Shown here: positions 12,972 to 25,656 of the stretch, piece by piece
How positions within the stretch are numbered: position 1 is the stretch's first letter
Layout of the letters: the number at the start of each line of letters is the position of its first letter
Assembly (NCBI RefSeq): GCF_006345805.1
Contig: NC_043007.1
Location: 19,530,001-19,594,000 of the forward strand
Length of the DNA stretch: 64,000 nt
From: Octopus sinensis
Taxonomy: Eukaryota
Direction: 5' to 3'
Notes under the pieces: model-generated
Told to the model about the DNA's origin: nothing
Seen by the model: the letters and a program-made list of their open reading frames with translations, nothing else
Database searches by the model: none
Made by a program: the position numbers and the translations under genes

Positions 12972-14389
12972 TAGCAACATCGATAACCACGTAGTAATGT
13001 CAGTGTAATATCTGGTTACCACATAGCAATCAGTACTTTCCATAAGTAAAACTACATATCTTAAAAACTCACACAACATATGTTATAATAATAATAATAA
13101 TAATAATAATGAAATTATTGTATACAATGTTCAGGTGTACCACAACTTGTCAGAAAGTGCGTATAAGGTATATGCAGTAATGTACAACTGTCTGGAAAGT
13201 GAACAGTGTATGAGTCAGATACATGCTTGCGTGTATTTGGAGGGGAGAAAATCAGGTGTAGTGTTGGCGAATCTCAGGAAGCATGGAAGTTTTGAAGGAT
13301 GCAGTGCTCCGACAACTAACAACTGATGCCGGCAGTTTGTTCAATGCTTCAGCAACTCTTAGCGTGAATGGATGACAAAACTGCATCTAATCTAAACCTT
13401 TATATATACGAAGAAAAAAAACTTTTGAATTAACCTCAAAAATAAGCTTTTCATCCTTTATAAAGAATAAGTTCTTCATATCTGATATAACTAATTATAC
13501 CTGATTTAATAACCAGTGGAATTACAACCGTGTTTCGTGGTCTGCTACCACAACAGCTCCTTTATAGGATCCAGTTAGCTCAAGACATCATCAGGAGGAA
13601 CCACGTCCGGTTTCGGCCCCTACCTCTCTACCGTTTTGACGTGGCGGGGCCCCCCCTTTCGGAGGTATCTTCAGTTCTGGTGTTGGGTGCGAAAGGGGGG
13701 GCCCCGCCACGTCAAAACGGTAGAGGAGTAATAAGTTCTTCATATCTGATATACCTAATTATACCTGATTTAATAACCAGTAATTGTACACAGTACTGGA
13801 AGATCACTAATTCATAATCCACCTAAGGTTAGGTTTTTGTTTAAATATCCGTTGACCTAATTAAAGGTTTAGTATTCTCATTTCAAACCTCAAACCTAAG
13901 GTCGGGATAAGGTCAACCTCATATCAGTTTTTAAGGTCGAGCCAGGTTTCCAACACTTCCTTTCACATTGTTTTCACTCAAAAACTATAATAATCTGGTA
14001 AAATAATACTAACCCAGCCTACATACATTTAGTTGGTTTCGAACCACGTCGGTGGAAGGACCTTGAATAAAATTGCATAGAATGATAACCAGTCGAAAGT
14101 AGTAACCGGATGCAAATGTAATTGTGAGCTGTCTATGCATCAGAAACGTGCGTGGGACGAATCTAAACCAAATATTCTGTATAACTGGGTCTAGAATTTA
14201 AAAAAAAGATATGAAGATTTACTAATTTCCCTATTTATTGTAATTGTCTTGGATGTGTACTCAATAATGCAGCGAAGGGAAATGGGATTTACCCATAGGA
14301 GGAATTACAGAGGGATTACTGCCCTTAAGTAATCCTTGGTTTTTTTTACAGCTCGATGCGGTTAGCCAGAAACCAGATTATAACTGGTT

Positions 14390-14646
14390 TCACCCGGCGT
14401 GCTAACGTTTCTTATTTCTTTATTGCCCACAAGGGGCTAAACATAGAGGGGACAAACAAGGACAGACAAAGGGATTAAGTCGATTAGATCGACCCCAGTG
14501 CGTCACTGGTACTTAATTTATCGACCCCCGAAAGGATGAAAGGCAAAGTCGACCTCGGCGGAATTTGAACTCAGAACGTAACGGCAGACGGAATACCGCT
14601 AAGCATTTCGCCCAGCGCGCTAACGTTTCTGCCAGCTCGCCGCCTT
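14390..14646 (-). mobile_element. Family B SINE, full length
   Basis: Reverse complement of family B from head to tail. Confidence 0.85.
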
Positions 14647-15293
14647 CAAAACGAATATTACAAAGCACTTGATCTGGCGTTCTAACCAATCAGCCAGCTC
14701 GCCATTTGGGTACTATTTCTAGCAGACTGAGAGGCTACGTAGAAGCTTCGTCGGTGATGCATGATGGCGACGGCAGTGGAGGTGATGTGTATATGTCTGT
14801 GTGTGAGTGAGAGAGAAAGAGAGACAGAGACAGACAGACAGAGAGGAGGGGGAAGAGCGTAAAAGAGTATGTGTATGGTGGGGAGGTACTATTGTAAAAT
14901 GTGTGGATGCGAAAAAGTCCATTTTTGCCCGAAGCCGTTCAAGGCCAAAGCGAAAAACGAAAACTCGGTCTTCGTAAATTGTGTGACGGTTTTTCAGAGA
15001 GAAGAATGCAAAGTGTTTTGAGATTTTTCAGAGACTTCCAGGTCAAATATTTTAGAGAAATGATGTCATTAAAAAAAAATGGTAATTGTTCAAGTGTTGA
15101 GGATATTCTTTGTTTTAGGATAAAATTAATTGTTTCCCGATTTCTGAGTAAAACAAGTATTATTCGTTTCCTCTTAACTAGTGAAGGCATACGGTTTCGA
15201 TTCCCGGACCGGACGATGCGTTGTGGCCTTCAGTATCCCACACAGCTGTAAATGAGCAAACCCTAGCCGCAAAGAAGTGGCCGCCCTTCCAGG

Positions 15294-16152
15294 AACTAGC
15301 GTAGCTAGTGGGGAGGGAGGCGGTTGGGGCCGTCCGACCCGAGCGGCACTTTTAAAGGGGCGGCACTTTTCATCCTGTTCTACGCTATTGCTGTAATATG
15401 AATTTTTTGTGGGGTCCCGGGGCAGCAAACAGAAGGGCTGCCCCGGGCGGCACGCTAATTTTTTTCCCACCAGAGTTCCGGACTCCAGTTATGAACTCAT
15501 TTGCATACAGCCAATCAGAGCTCAACTATCAAACTAATTTATGAGCGCATGACAAGCGATGGGCGATAAGATAAGGTCACTTGGGTAAGGAATGACCATG
15601 CTTCTTTTCTCTTTTAGTAATGCTTGTTGTTCTTGTTCTTGTTTCAACCATGGCTGCCTCTGCGTAGTTATTTGTGTTGTTGATTACTTTGTAAAACAGT
15701 AAAGGGGAGAGGGTTGCTAGCACATCACCCTCTACCCACATTTTCCCCATCCCCATCTTTACCATATGGGGCCCTAACAAAATCCGATAAGAGGTACAGA
15801 TGCAAATCTATCTAATTACTTGTCCCCTTCTAAAATCAGGCATAACTTGGCGATCGGTCGACTTACAACACCGTTCTTCATCCCCAGTTTACTTGGCAGA
15901 GTGTGTTTTACCAAGAGGTTGCTTGTTTTTAACATATTCACGAATGCTATGTTGGGCTTTGCGTCTAGGTATAATCCGAAAGCTGAACGGATCTGATCCT
16001 TCGTTATCCACATGGCTGTTTCTGCGTAATTGTTTGCATACAAGTTCAAGGTGAGCTCTGATTGGCTGTATGCAAATGAGTTCATTACTGGGGTCCGGAA
16101 CTCTGGTGGGAAAAACATTTCGCGGGCGACACACACTCTAGCTACGCTAGTG
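15294..16152. mobile_element. Non-autonomous hAT element
   Basis: Perfect 8-bp TSD CTTCCAGG (15286-15293, 16153-16160); TIR ACTAGCGTAGCTAG; additional internal inverted repeat at 15461-15523 / 16052-16115. Confidence 0.8.
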
Positions 16153-16289
16153 CTTCCAGGGGCAATATGCTGAGATCTTGGTCTGTTAATCGTCATGGAA
16201 ACCGGAGCACCGACCCTATGAGTCCTAAGACTAAGGCAAATAGAGTCCAGGGAGCTGTTTTGTTTTACTTCCTTCTCTTTACTAAGATT

Positions 16290-16615
16290 AACGGTTCTCC
16301 GTCGGTTACGACGTCATGAGTTCCAGTTGATCCGATCAACGGAACAACCTGCTCGTGAAATTAACGTGCAAGTGGCCGAGTACTCCACAGACACGCGTAT
16401 CTCAACGCAGTTTTCAGGGAAGTTCAATGAAACCCAGAATATGACAAGGATAGTCTTTTGAAATCCAGATACAACTCATCTTTGCCAGTTGGATAGACTA
16501 GGATAATGTGAAATAAAGTGTCTTGTCCAAGAACACAATGCTCCGCCGAGAATCGAACTCACGGCCTTACGATCGTGAACCGCATACCCCTAACCAGTAA
16601 GCCAAGCGCCCTCAC
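16290..16615 (-). mobile_element. tRNA-derived SINE with Meta-like core and a different tail
   Basis: Minus-strand A/B boxes and GACAAGACACTTTATTTCAC; related copy at ~37220-37530. Confidence 0.7.
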
Positions 16616-17689
16616 AAAGATACATGGTTGTTAAAGGTACAAAATAACACAGAACAGAACATTATAACAGGAAGGTACGGTTGGATAATTAGAAGAGACG
16701 CCGCTTATATGATATTAGATCTGAAAGCCATTATAGCCTTAAGAACTATGAACCGAAAGTGATGTAGCTAACGTCTGTACAGCCCGTGGCAGCTCTTGAA
16801 TTCTCCCACCCTGGACACAATTATTCACGGCACGTCCCTGACATTATGCCACAGTTGAAGTTACTCTAAACTGAAAACTGTGAGTAATGTCCCGACATTG
16901 AAAATTCCTTTATTTCAATGCGGACTACATTGGCTCATACAGCAGATTCAAAACCGCAGTCCTCATAAAGCGAAGCTAGGGGCGGGCTGCCAATCCGCCC
17001 AACTAGCAACTCTATCGATGTCTCCTAAATTAAAAGGGAACATCTGCTACTATTAATGGCATTCTAACTATAACTGAATCGTCTCTTTTCCTGCACCCAG
17101 TAAACATCTTATGCTATACTTGATGACGATAATATGGCGCATAAGATACTTATCCATTCGTCTTGTGCCATTGTATAACCAGGCTTGTTCTAAATCCCAT
17201 TACAGGATTATTGAGAATCCATATTTATTTTATTTTATTTTTTCTAGCTGAAGTCCGTCAGGCGGGAAACTTGAAGGCTGTAATGAATTTTAAATTCTTT
17301 AGGATGGTGAACTCTTTTCCTCCTGATCCATAAGTGTCCACTTACTTGCAAGTATGGCTAATGACACTTTATGCTGTTAGCCCCAAACACTTTTCTTTTC
17401 GCACAACCTCTTGTGTGTCACTCAGTGATATAAAAAGTCGAGGAACAACTTCGATATAAAGTCGTCTGCTGTTTTAACTCTTGCAGTTATTGAAACTTGA
17501 ATCATAGCAACGTTACTGACAGAAGGAAATCTTCTCACTTCAAGAAACAAATTTTTTGAAATACGACTTCACAGTTAATCTACAAAAAAATAGGCTGTTG
17601 TAACTGAAGGCAGTTGGAAGACTTTACCATTGGTCACGACAAAAAAAAAAAAAGAAAAAAAAAGCGGGGGGATTGGAAATGGGGCAGGA

Positions 17690-18300
17690 TAATTCACAGA
17701 CATCGTCTTGGTTTATGTTTTCTTACATCAAATTCCGAAATAATTGTAGCCTCCACCATCTGAAAATTTTTTTCCTCTGCCTTTAACCCTCCAACGCGAA
17801 GTCTAGGCCACTTATAGTTGAATTCCAAGTCGCATAATCTTTGGCTTCTATACTTATACTCTGCCATGAATGTCCCCCTTTTTCCAGTTCCTTCAGTGTT
17901 GATCTCCGCCACGAGTTCACGCCTACCTTTCTTCTATATCCAACCGGTTTCCACTTTAAAGCACTTTTCGCTACATTTGCTGTGTCTTTTCTAATTGTGC
18001 TACCAATCCACTTCCACTTTTTCTTAAATAGTTGCTCCCTAATCGAAACGTGATTTGTTCTTTGCCATAGCTCCATATTGCTTATGTGTTCAGGCCATCT
18101 AATTCTAAGTATACTACGCAAGCATCTGTTGATGAATGATTGTATTTGCTTATTTGACTCAACTGTTGTTCGCCTTGTCTCAGCCCCATACAATAACACT
18201 GCTTTTAACGTTAGTGTTAAAAATTCTTATTTCGTTCTTTATTGAAATTACTCTTTCACTCCATACTTTCTTTAACAGTATTTCTTTAAATGTATTTGTT
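17690..18300 (-). mobile_element. RTE-type LINE ORF2 3' fragment
   Basis: LLYGAET...FINRCLRSILRIRWPEHISNMELWQRT...KKWKWIG..IRK is the typical RTE post-RT region. Confidence 0.88.
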
Positions 18301-18735
18301 GAAATTTTCATTTCAAAATATTTACATTTTTCGGAAAGTTATGAGGAAACAAAATTGGTGGTTGGGGGTACACATTGGTAGTTATACCCCTAGAGCTTAA
18401 CTCGGACCTTCAGCATCCTCACCGCCATTCAGTGAACCGGTGCCAGTACCCGACCAAGAACCTTCGAGACTTAACTATAATCCCTTACCTGAAACTCCCC
18501 CGAACAAGGCTCTTATACATATCGTCATCGACACTAGGAGAGGATTATAGAAAATATCTTGGAGGTACAGTGGGTATCGATGAAGATATTCTGTCATCGG
18601 AACGGGCAGAATCGCTGACGGGAAAAATTTCTTGCGGCATATTTTCTGGTTCATCTTCTGAGTTCAAATCCCGCCGAGGTCAACTTTACCTTTCAAACCT
18701 TTCGGGAGTCGATGAAGTAAAATACCTGTTAAGTA

Positions 18736-19137
18736 CTGGGATCTTTTCACTTTGACCGGCAGATTTTAAAAATAATTTTTGTAACTAAACACTTTTAAAC
18801 TTTGTATACTGGTAGAATGTGTTACATAAAACATCTTTTTCTCTTGGCTTTCTTGAGAAAATTCTGTAGTTTGTAAGCTATTTGTAAGCAGGAAATTGTT
18901 GTTGACAAACAACCGCAGAAATTGTATTCACCTCAATAGACGTCATTGATTGGTTGAAATTGCCGAAATGCAAAAAAATTTAATAAGAAATAGCTTACAA
19001 ACTACAGAATTTTCTCAAGAAAGCCAAGAGAAAAAGATGTTTTATGTAACACATTCTACCAGTATACGAAGTTTAAAAGTGTTTAGTTACCAAGAAATTA
19101 TTTTTCAAATCTGCCGGTCAAAGTGAAAAGATCCCAG
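18736..19137. mobile_element. Long-TIR MITE inserted at TA within a family B SINE
   Basis: ~150-bp near-perfect arms CTGGGATCTTTTCACTTTGACCGGCAGAT..; TA at 18734-18735 and 19138-19139; SINE sequence continues on both sides. Confidence 0.8.
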
Positions 19138-19514
19138 TACTGGAGTGAATGGTATCGATTAATTCACTTCCATCAAATTTGCTGGCCGTGTGTTTGAATA
19201 AGAAAACGTTATTTACAGAACGCTACAACTTCAGGTTAAAAGTCAGGAATACAATGACTACAGCTGTGTTATGTAGATACAACACAGTTTAAAATATAGA
19301 CCAGAGAATGCTAGCGATAACTGATGTCTTTGGTTCTGGGAGGTCACTGAGTAAATGTTTACGGAATGATGGAAATAATTATAATTCGAGAGCTAGACTA
19401 ACTGACGGTCATAAAGATGGGAAAATCATACAACTGAATAAATCAATTTGATGAAAAATTACGAAATAAATAAACAAGTAAATAATTAAATGTATTAACA
19501 AGAAGATAAGATTA

Positions 19515-20147
19515 TGAAACACATAAAAGATATTTCTTTATTAACCTATAAAGGTTTTACATAGGGGGGACATTACAAGGGCAGACAAGGGACATTCAGG
19601 GTACAAACTCGCTTCTTACATACAGTGTGAAAAACCGGATGGATTTACATATATTGTGAATGAGGGTTAAAAATATAAATACAAATGATCGGATGAGTTT
19701 TGGGTCCGGATTAGTGAAACACATAAAAGATATTTCTTTATTAACCTATAAAGGTTTTACATAGAGGGGACATTACGAGGACAGAGAAGGGACATTCAGG
19801 GTACAAACTCGCTTCTTACATAGTGTGAAAAACAGGATGGGGCGATCCTTCGGTATAGGTACACACGTGACTTTGTTTACATTTCTGAAGATAAGAGAAA
19901 CCCTTTTTTCCCACCCCTAACCCTAACCCAACCCTAACACAAACCCTAACCCAAACCCTAACCCCCCATATATAAAAAACAACAACACTTTCTTGAAATG
20001 TATCCGGTACTTCCGATACTTACACCGGTACTTATACCGAAGTTACGCCCCGGATGGATTTACTTATATTGTGAATGAGGGTTAAAAATATAAATATAAA
20101 AGATGATCGGATGAGTTTTGGGTCCGGGTTAGTGAAACACATAAAAG
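19515..20147. repeat. 200-bp tandem repeat (about two units plus the start of a third), with the second unit split by a MITE
   Basis: TGAAACACATAAAAG at 19515 and 19715 and again near 20133. Confidence 0.8.
19839..20051. mobile_element. Unclassified 213-bp MITE with internal (CCCTAA)-like repeats
   Basis: Imperfect TIRs GGGGCG-N3-CTTCGGTATA; extra GGAT duplicated relative to the uninterrupted unit (4-bp TSD). Confidence 0.6.
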
Positions 20148-20199
20148 CTCTAGCCCTAAGAGTGACCTCCCCTCAAATAACTCTCCAATGTGTTGTTCG

Positions 20200-20555
20200 C
20201 TCTTAAATAAAATAAAATCACTTTCGGTCGGCTTTAATTGGTTCAGCTAATCTCGAACCGTGTTCGACATCGGTTTCCTGTGTCTCCTTCTTCCCCTCCG
20301 CCACCATCATCATTTATTATTTTATCCCCCTAATCCCCGACCCATTCCGATCTTGCATCTGTTCAACAACTGTTCGACCTGGACGAGATCTTTCCTCTTG
20401 TGACACACCGACACACACACACACACACACACACGACCTGTCTCTCCCGTCATGGCCAAAAGCTTAACATTCATCTTCCTAATAACATCTCTTGCTCACT
20501 TCTCTGTCTGTGGACGCTGCCAGACGCATCTTTCTCGTCTCCAATGATGTATACG
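20200..20555 (+). promoter_or_regulatory. Putative proximal promoter / upstream first exon of WDR81
   Basis: Repeat-poor, locally CpG-containing stretch ending in donor ACG|GTGAGT (20556), 480 nt upstream of the acceptor at 21039. The TSS cannot be determined from sequence. Confidence 0.45.
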
Positions 20556-21120
20556 GTGAGTTGTTCTTGCATTGGGTCACCAACACCCACTTAAAAAAAA
20601 CAAACAGTAGAAACCAACCCCTGTTTGCCAGGGCTTGACTGGATCTGGGTTACGTCGAAAGAGAAAGAAAAAGACGAAGCTACCCACCTCCTTTCAAACA
20701 TATCATCATCTACACACACTCATCTTCCTTCTCGTTATCATCTCCATCATCAACATCATCTCCACATCGTCGTTAAAGCTTTACCTAAGGGCAGTCCTAT
20801 TCAACCACCTGCCTACCTGAAGCCACGCACATCCACACAAACATAACAACATATCGTTTATAAGATCTTCCCCCTCATCTCCGGCATTCAATTTAACGAG
20901 GGTTTGAACTTACATCGACTGGAGCCAAAACCCTGCTTTCAAAACATCACCATCGACGCTCAGAGCTGAGCTTATCAATACTATTATTATTATTATCATT
21001 ACCACTGTTATTTCTCCATTTCATTGGTATTTTTTACAGAGAAGGGATCGAGACCTGTCCGATTCCTCTCTATATTTCTCTCCCTGTTTCTGTCCCTGTT
21101 CCACAAATCACGGTTTACCC

Positions 21121-21213
21121 ATGGAAGTTATACAGCTGATCTGTGAACAGTTGAGGTTACCCACGCAACACATACGGTGGTTAGGGTCTCCGGTGAACTC
21201 AGCCGTTTGTTTG
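21121..21213 (+). CDS. WDR81: WDR81 coding exon 1 ([31 protein letters not shown])
   Basis: ATG at 21121; donor TTG|GTAAGT at 21214, phase 0; joins to VSKEWLKNL, matching the human N-terminal pattern (MQELL..VE.DL...VALV...WL..L). Upstream acceptor TTTTTACAG ends at 21039. Confidence 0.75.
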
Positions 21214-23676
21214 GTAAGTAAATGGACAAAAAAAAAACGAACTGTCTTTATTTTTCTGTTGCTATTTATGTTTTTATTTACCATTGTATCTTGTTCCTTG
21301 TTATCAATTTAACAGAAAAGCAAAAAACGGGATAACACATAGAGGCGTGTTTGCGTTGAAGTATTGTGGTTGTTGCTGTTTTCAGCTGAGATCAATATTG
21401 AGTAAACCTATGGCCAAAAGCATTCCACCCGTGACCATCCCGTCTTTTTCGTATGTGCAGGGAACTCATGATCACGGCATCCAGTATGTTCTTTTCTAAA
21501 ACGAGATGCAATATAAAGGAAATAGGCTGCTATTTCTAGCAGCTTGAACAACCACATAGAAGCTCACTAGTTGGCACGAGGCATGTTGGGACACTGTTGT
21601 CTGTGACTATTATTTAACCCAAGGTCAACATTGGCCGAGCAGACTTATTATCAAAGGCATTCGTTCCAGTCACGACCAGCCGGTCTTTTTTTTTATTATT
21701 ATTTTCTAGCATAGTGTATCAAGGGTTACATTATTCAATATGTCCCTTTTCTTTCTTAAGCCGTTCCAGTGTCATTTGAGGGATATTTAGCTGCTATTTC
21801 TAAATGCTTTTTTTTTTTGCTCTGTGGTAAATTTTTTTTCCTCCACAAAAAACTGTCTTTCTCGAGGCTTTAAGCTCCTTGTCTCATAAGACACAAATTA
21901 TTAACCCAAATTCCCGTACTTTACTATATAGATATCGTATTAAAGTACACCGTATTGGAGTTCACTGTATTGAACATCTATCTATTAAAATATGAGCGAT
22001 ACAGAGATGTAACAGGGATGCAAGAATGCTTTATTGGACAGGTTCCCCTCCTTGTCTTCAAATGGCCGATATAGTCTGTGTATCAGGATGTTACATCAAT
22101 GTTATTGTGCCATGTTCAAAATAAACACTTAATAATTCTTCTATTCCATCCTTTCAACGAGGAAGCTGTTTGTTAATTTTTTTTATCACTACAGACACAA
22201 CCGTTAAGTAGTTACTTTGCAATCGTGAGAATCTGGGTTCGCTCCCCGTCTGGGCATATAAATGTTTTTGGTTTTTTTTGTCTATAGCCTTGAGATGACG
22301 GAAACTGTGCGCAAACCTGTCTGATATACCTGTAATTTAAAGAGTCTGTCATGTCACACACACAGACATTGTTAGGTTAAGTCTGTCAGTTATTTGAGGA
22401 AGTGTCAGCTGCTATTTTTGTCAACCCAATAAAATAGCAACCAAATCTTTCAGCTCACATCATCGCCAACTCATTGTTTTTTTTTCTCTCTGTTCTTGTT
22501 GCTGTTGTTTACCCCCCACTCCCACATCAGCTATGACCTGGCCTATGATCGAAGGCGTTCCAACCACGACCATAGTGTTTTTTTTTTAGATGATATGTAA
22601 GACTACAGGTTCTAATACAATGTACTATTTTGTTATCGATGTTCTTGTTTAGACTGGTTAGTTCTGATTGAAACAAAGTATATATATATATATAAGAAAA
22701 AAAGAAACATGATCAAGGACACTCCATGCATGGCCCTTCCATCTTATTCAAACTGTATATTATTATCCATTTATCCCCATGTCCCTCCTTCCTTTTTTGA
22801 GAGAATAGGATCAGAATTGAAGTAGGCGTGTAATCGTTTCACACGGGAGAAATGGAGGGACGAGGGGAATGTTTTTTTTTTTTATTAACACAGTTAATGA
22901 TGTCATTTAATTATCAATACTTTCTATAATTATTTCATCAAAATTACTTCCTATTTTATCTCACAAAATCACAAACACACACGTACACTGTAGAATCTAC
23001 AGACGTGGTACGGAACAACATTATATATCAATGATATATAATTCTGTAGATAGATACATATATAATGGTGTTCCGTACCACGTCTGTTCTGATCCAGTAG
23101 AACTTGTGATCAAAGGCTTTCCGACCACGACCATCACATCTTTTCCTCGGCCATAGTAACTAAATCTAATAAGGTGCGATTTCAGAGGTGTTCGGCTGCT
23201 ATTTCCAGCAGGTTGAACGACCCGGCAGATACTTCCTCGTTGACTCATCTCTCTGGGTCTGTGAATGCTTGCCTCGGTTCAGGTTTCTGTATTACGCGCG
23301 CGCGCGCGTGCATGTGTGTACATGCTTGTAAGTGCGTTTGCATGTGTGTAGCTGCGTTGTGTATGTTTATATGTATGAATCGTATATGCGTGAATGTGTG
23401 TGTATATACATGTGTGTGTATATACATGTGTGCGTATGTGTACACAAACACTCTCCAAATACACATGCACAGATACACATACCATCATTTATAATCAACG
23501 CATACATGAATACATTCACACACACACACACACATGTGCAGTTATGCACACACATAACTCATATACATTAAGCCTGCCTGTTTAGCTATCTGCTTATATA
23601 TATGTATATATATATACCTATCTGTCTGCCTGCTTGTCTGTTTGTCTATCTATCTGTCTGTCTGTCTGTCTGTCTA

Positions 23677-23708
<32 letters not shown>

Positions 23709-23770
23709 CCTTTCTCTCTCTTTATATATATATATATACCTATCTGCCTGCGTGTCTGTTTATCTATCTA

Positions 23771-23805
<35 letters not shown>

Positions 23806-25599
23806 GTCTATCTGCCTGTCTGTCTGTCTGTCTATCTGTCTGTCTGTCTATCTATCTGTCTGTCTGTCTGTCTATCTATTTATCTACCTATCTACCTATC
23901 TGTCTATATATCTATCTATCTGACTGTGTGTCTATCTGTCTGTGTGTGTACATACATACACATATCTATCAGAGTATGTTTTGCAAGACATTACCAGGCA
24001 ATTAGCACAATTCAGTGAATCACCTGTAATTACCTTGCAATACCTGTACTCAGGTGAGATCTAAGCTATCCTTTACGAAAGTAAAGTGAAATTTACACGG
24101 CATCTCACTGCTGTACGTGAATGTCAGTGAAATCATCAGAATCAAGTCAAAACTAGGACCATCGTGATTTGTAAATGTTTATTGATCAAAGATTATTTTG
24201 GTTTCACCTCCTGGAGTTTAATGTCAAGTGATCTCCTAGACAAGCTGCTTTCACCATAGCTAAAGAGCACACATGTAGCCATCATTCAGTAGCTTTACAG
24301 CATATTCAGTCATTGCTTCATGTTTTTCTGAGTCTCTGCACTGTTATTGTTGACCCTATTCTGGGTTCATCCATCTTTGGACAGGTTTGGGGCCTGTTGC
24401 ATTTTTTTACGATCCCCATCATCGTGTATAGATGTATACATGTAACATGAGGGTGTATAGATGCATACATGTACATGAGGGTGCTGACCAAAGCCTTGTA
24501 AGTGGATTTGATAGGTGGAGACATGATAAGGATTTGCTGCATGTGTATCGTTGGCGATTTTCTTCCTCTGTCTTCCCTTCCTTGGACCTTTCCTTTTTCT
24601 ATGTTTCTGACGAAGAGCTCCGCTCAAAATGTTAAATCCTCCTTCTTTCTTTCCTTTCCTGAGTGTCCAATAACACTATACTTGTTCTACGTCCTTGCGT
24701 TGTTGTGCTTTCTCTTCGTTCATGTTTGGATTAACTACATACATATCTATATATGTATGTGTATATATAGGGTGCAGTGAATAAACTGTCGTCTAAGTTA
24801 CGCAAAAATGAAAATAACACTGACATCTCGTTTTAACAGATATATTCATCAAAACTACGTAAAATGTCTTGAAATACTAAAGAGTAAATTTATTCAATAA
24901 AAGGCCTCCAAACAACTTCGCCATTCTCCTGCAACTCTTCTGGACGGTCTCCTTGTTTAAGTTGGTGAATGCTGCCATAATCCTTGCTTTCAGTTAATCT
25001 TGGGTGTTACAAGGAGTTTTGTTGGTCTCTCACTCTACTGTGCCCCACACATAATAATCAAGGGGGTTGCAGTCTGGGGAGTTAGGAGGCCAGATGTCAG
25101 GGGTAATGTGGCTGGAGAAATTGTCTGACAACCATGACTGGGTTCTCCTTCTCGTGTGGCATGATGCAGAGTCCTGTTGCCAGACATAGGATCTTCCAGC
25201 AACCATCCTCTTCATCCAGGACAGCACTACCTGGACCAGTCAGCCAGCACTGGCATCAACCATGCTCAAATGGTGATATATACACATATATACATGCATA
25301 TATATATATATATATATATACACACAAATAATAAGAGAGTCCACATGTGGTCACTCTAACGCTAGATAAAGATCCGCAAAGGGAATCCCTCACTAAAGAA
25401 TTGTTCTCAAGAATTAATTCAACACGCCAAGAATGTAAGCAAGCAGGACAAATGAAAGATGACAAAAAAATAGATTAACTCTATACAATTGTTTCATCGT
25501 TAATAGATTGTGTAATTTTACTTACATAATCATTTTCGAATTGTCAGTAGAGTATATCAAAAATATAATTTGTTGAACCGAACGGCAAAATCCACACGG

Positions 25600-25656
<57 letters not shown>

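Noticed and set aside
14719-15251. Overlapping 67-116-aa ORFs as a divergent gene upstream of WDR81
   Set aside because: No recognisable homology or consistent splice chain; cannot be supported without transcript data.
18375-18755. 126-aa ORF
   Set aside because: No recognisable domain; its 3' part runs through a family B SINE and into a MITE.
19915-19965. Interstitial telomere or chromosome-fusion scar
   Set aside because: Short, degenerate and enclosed within TIRs and a TSD, so better explained as part of a MITE.
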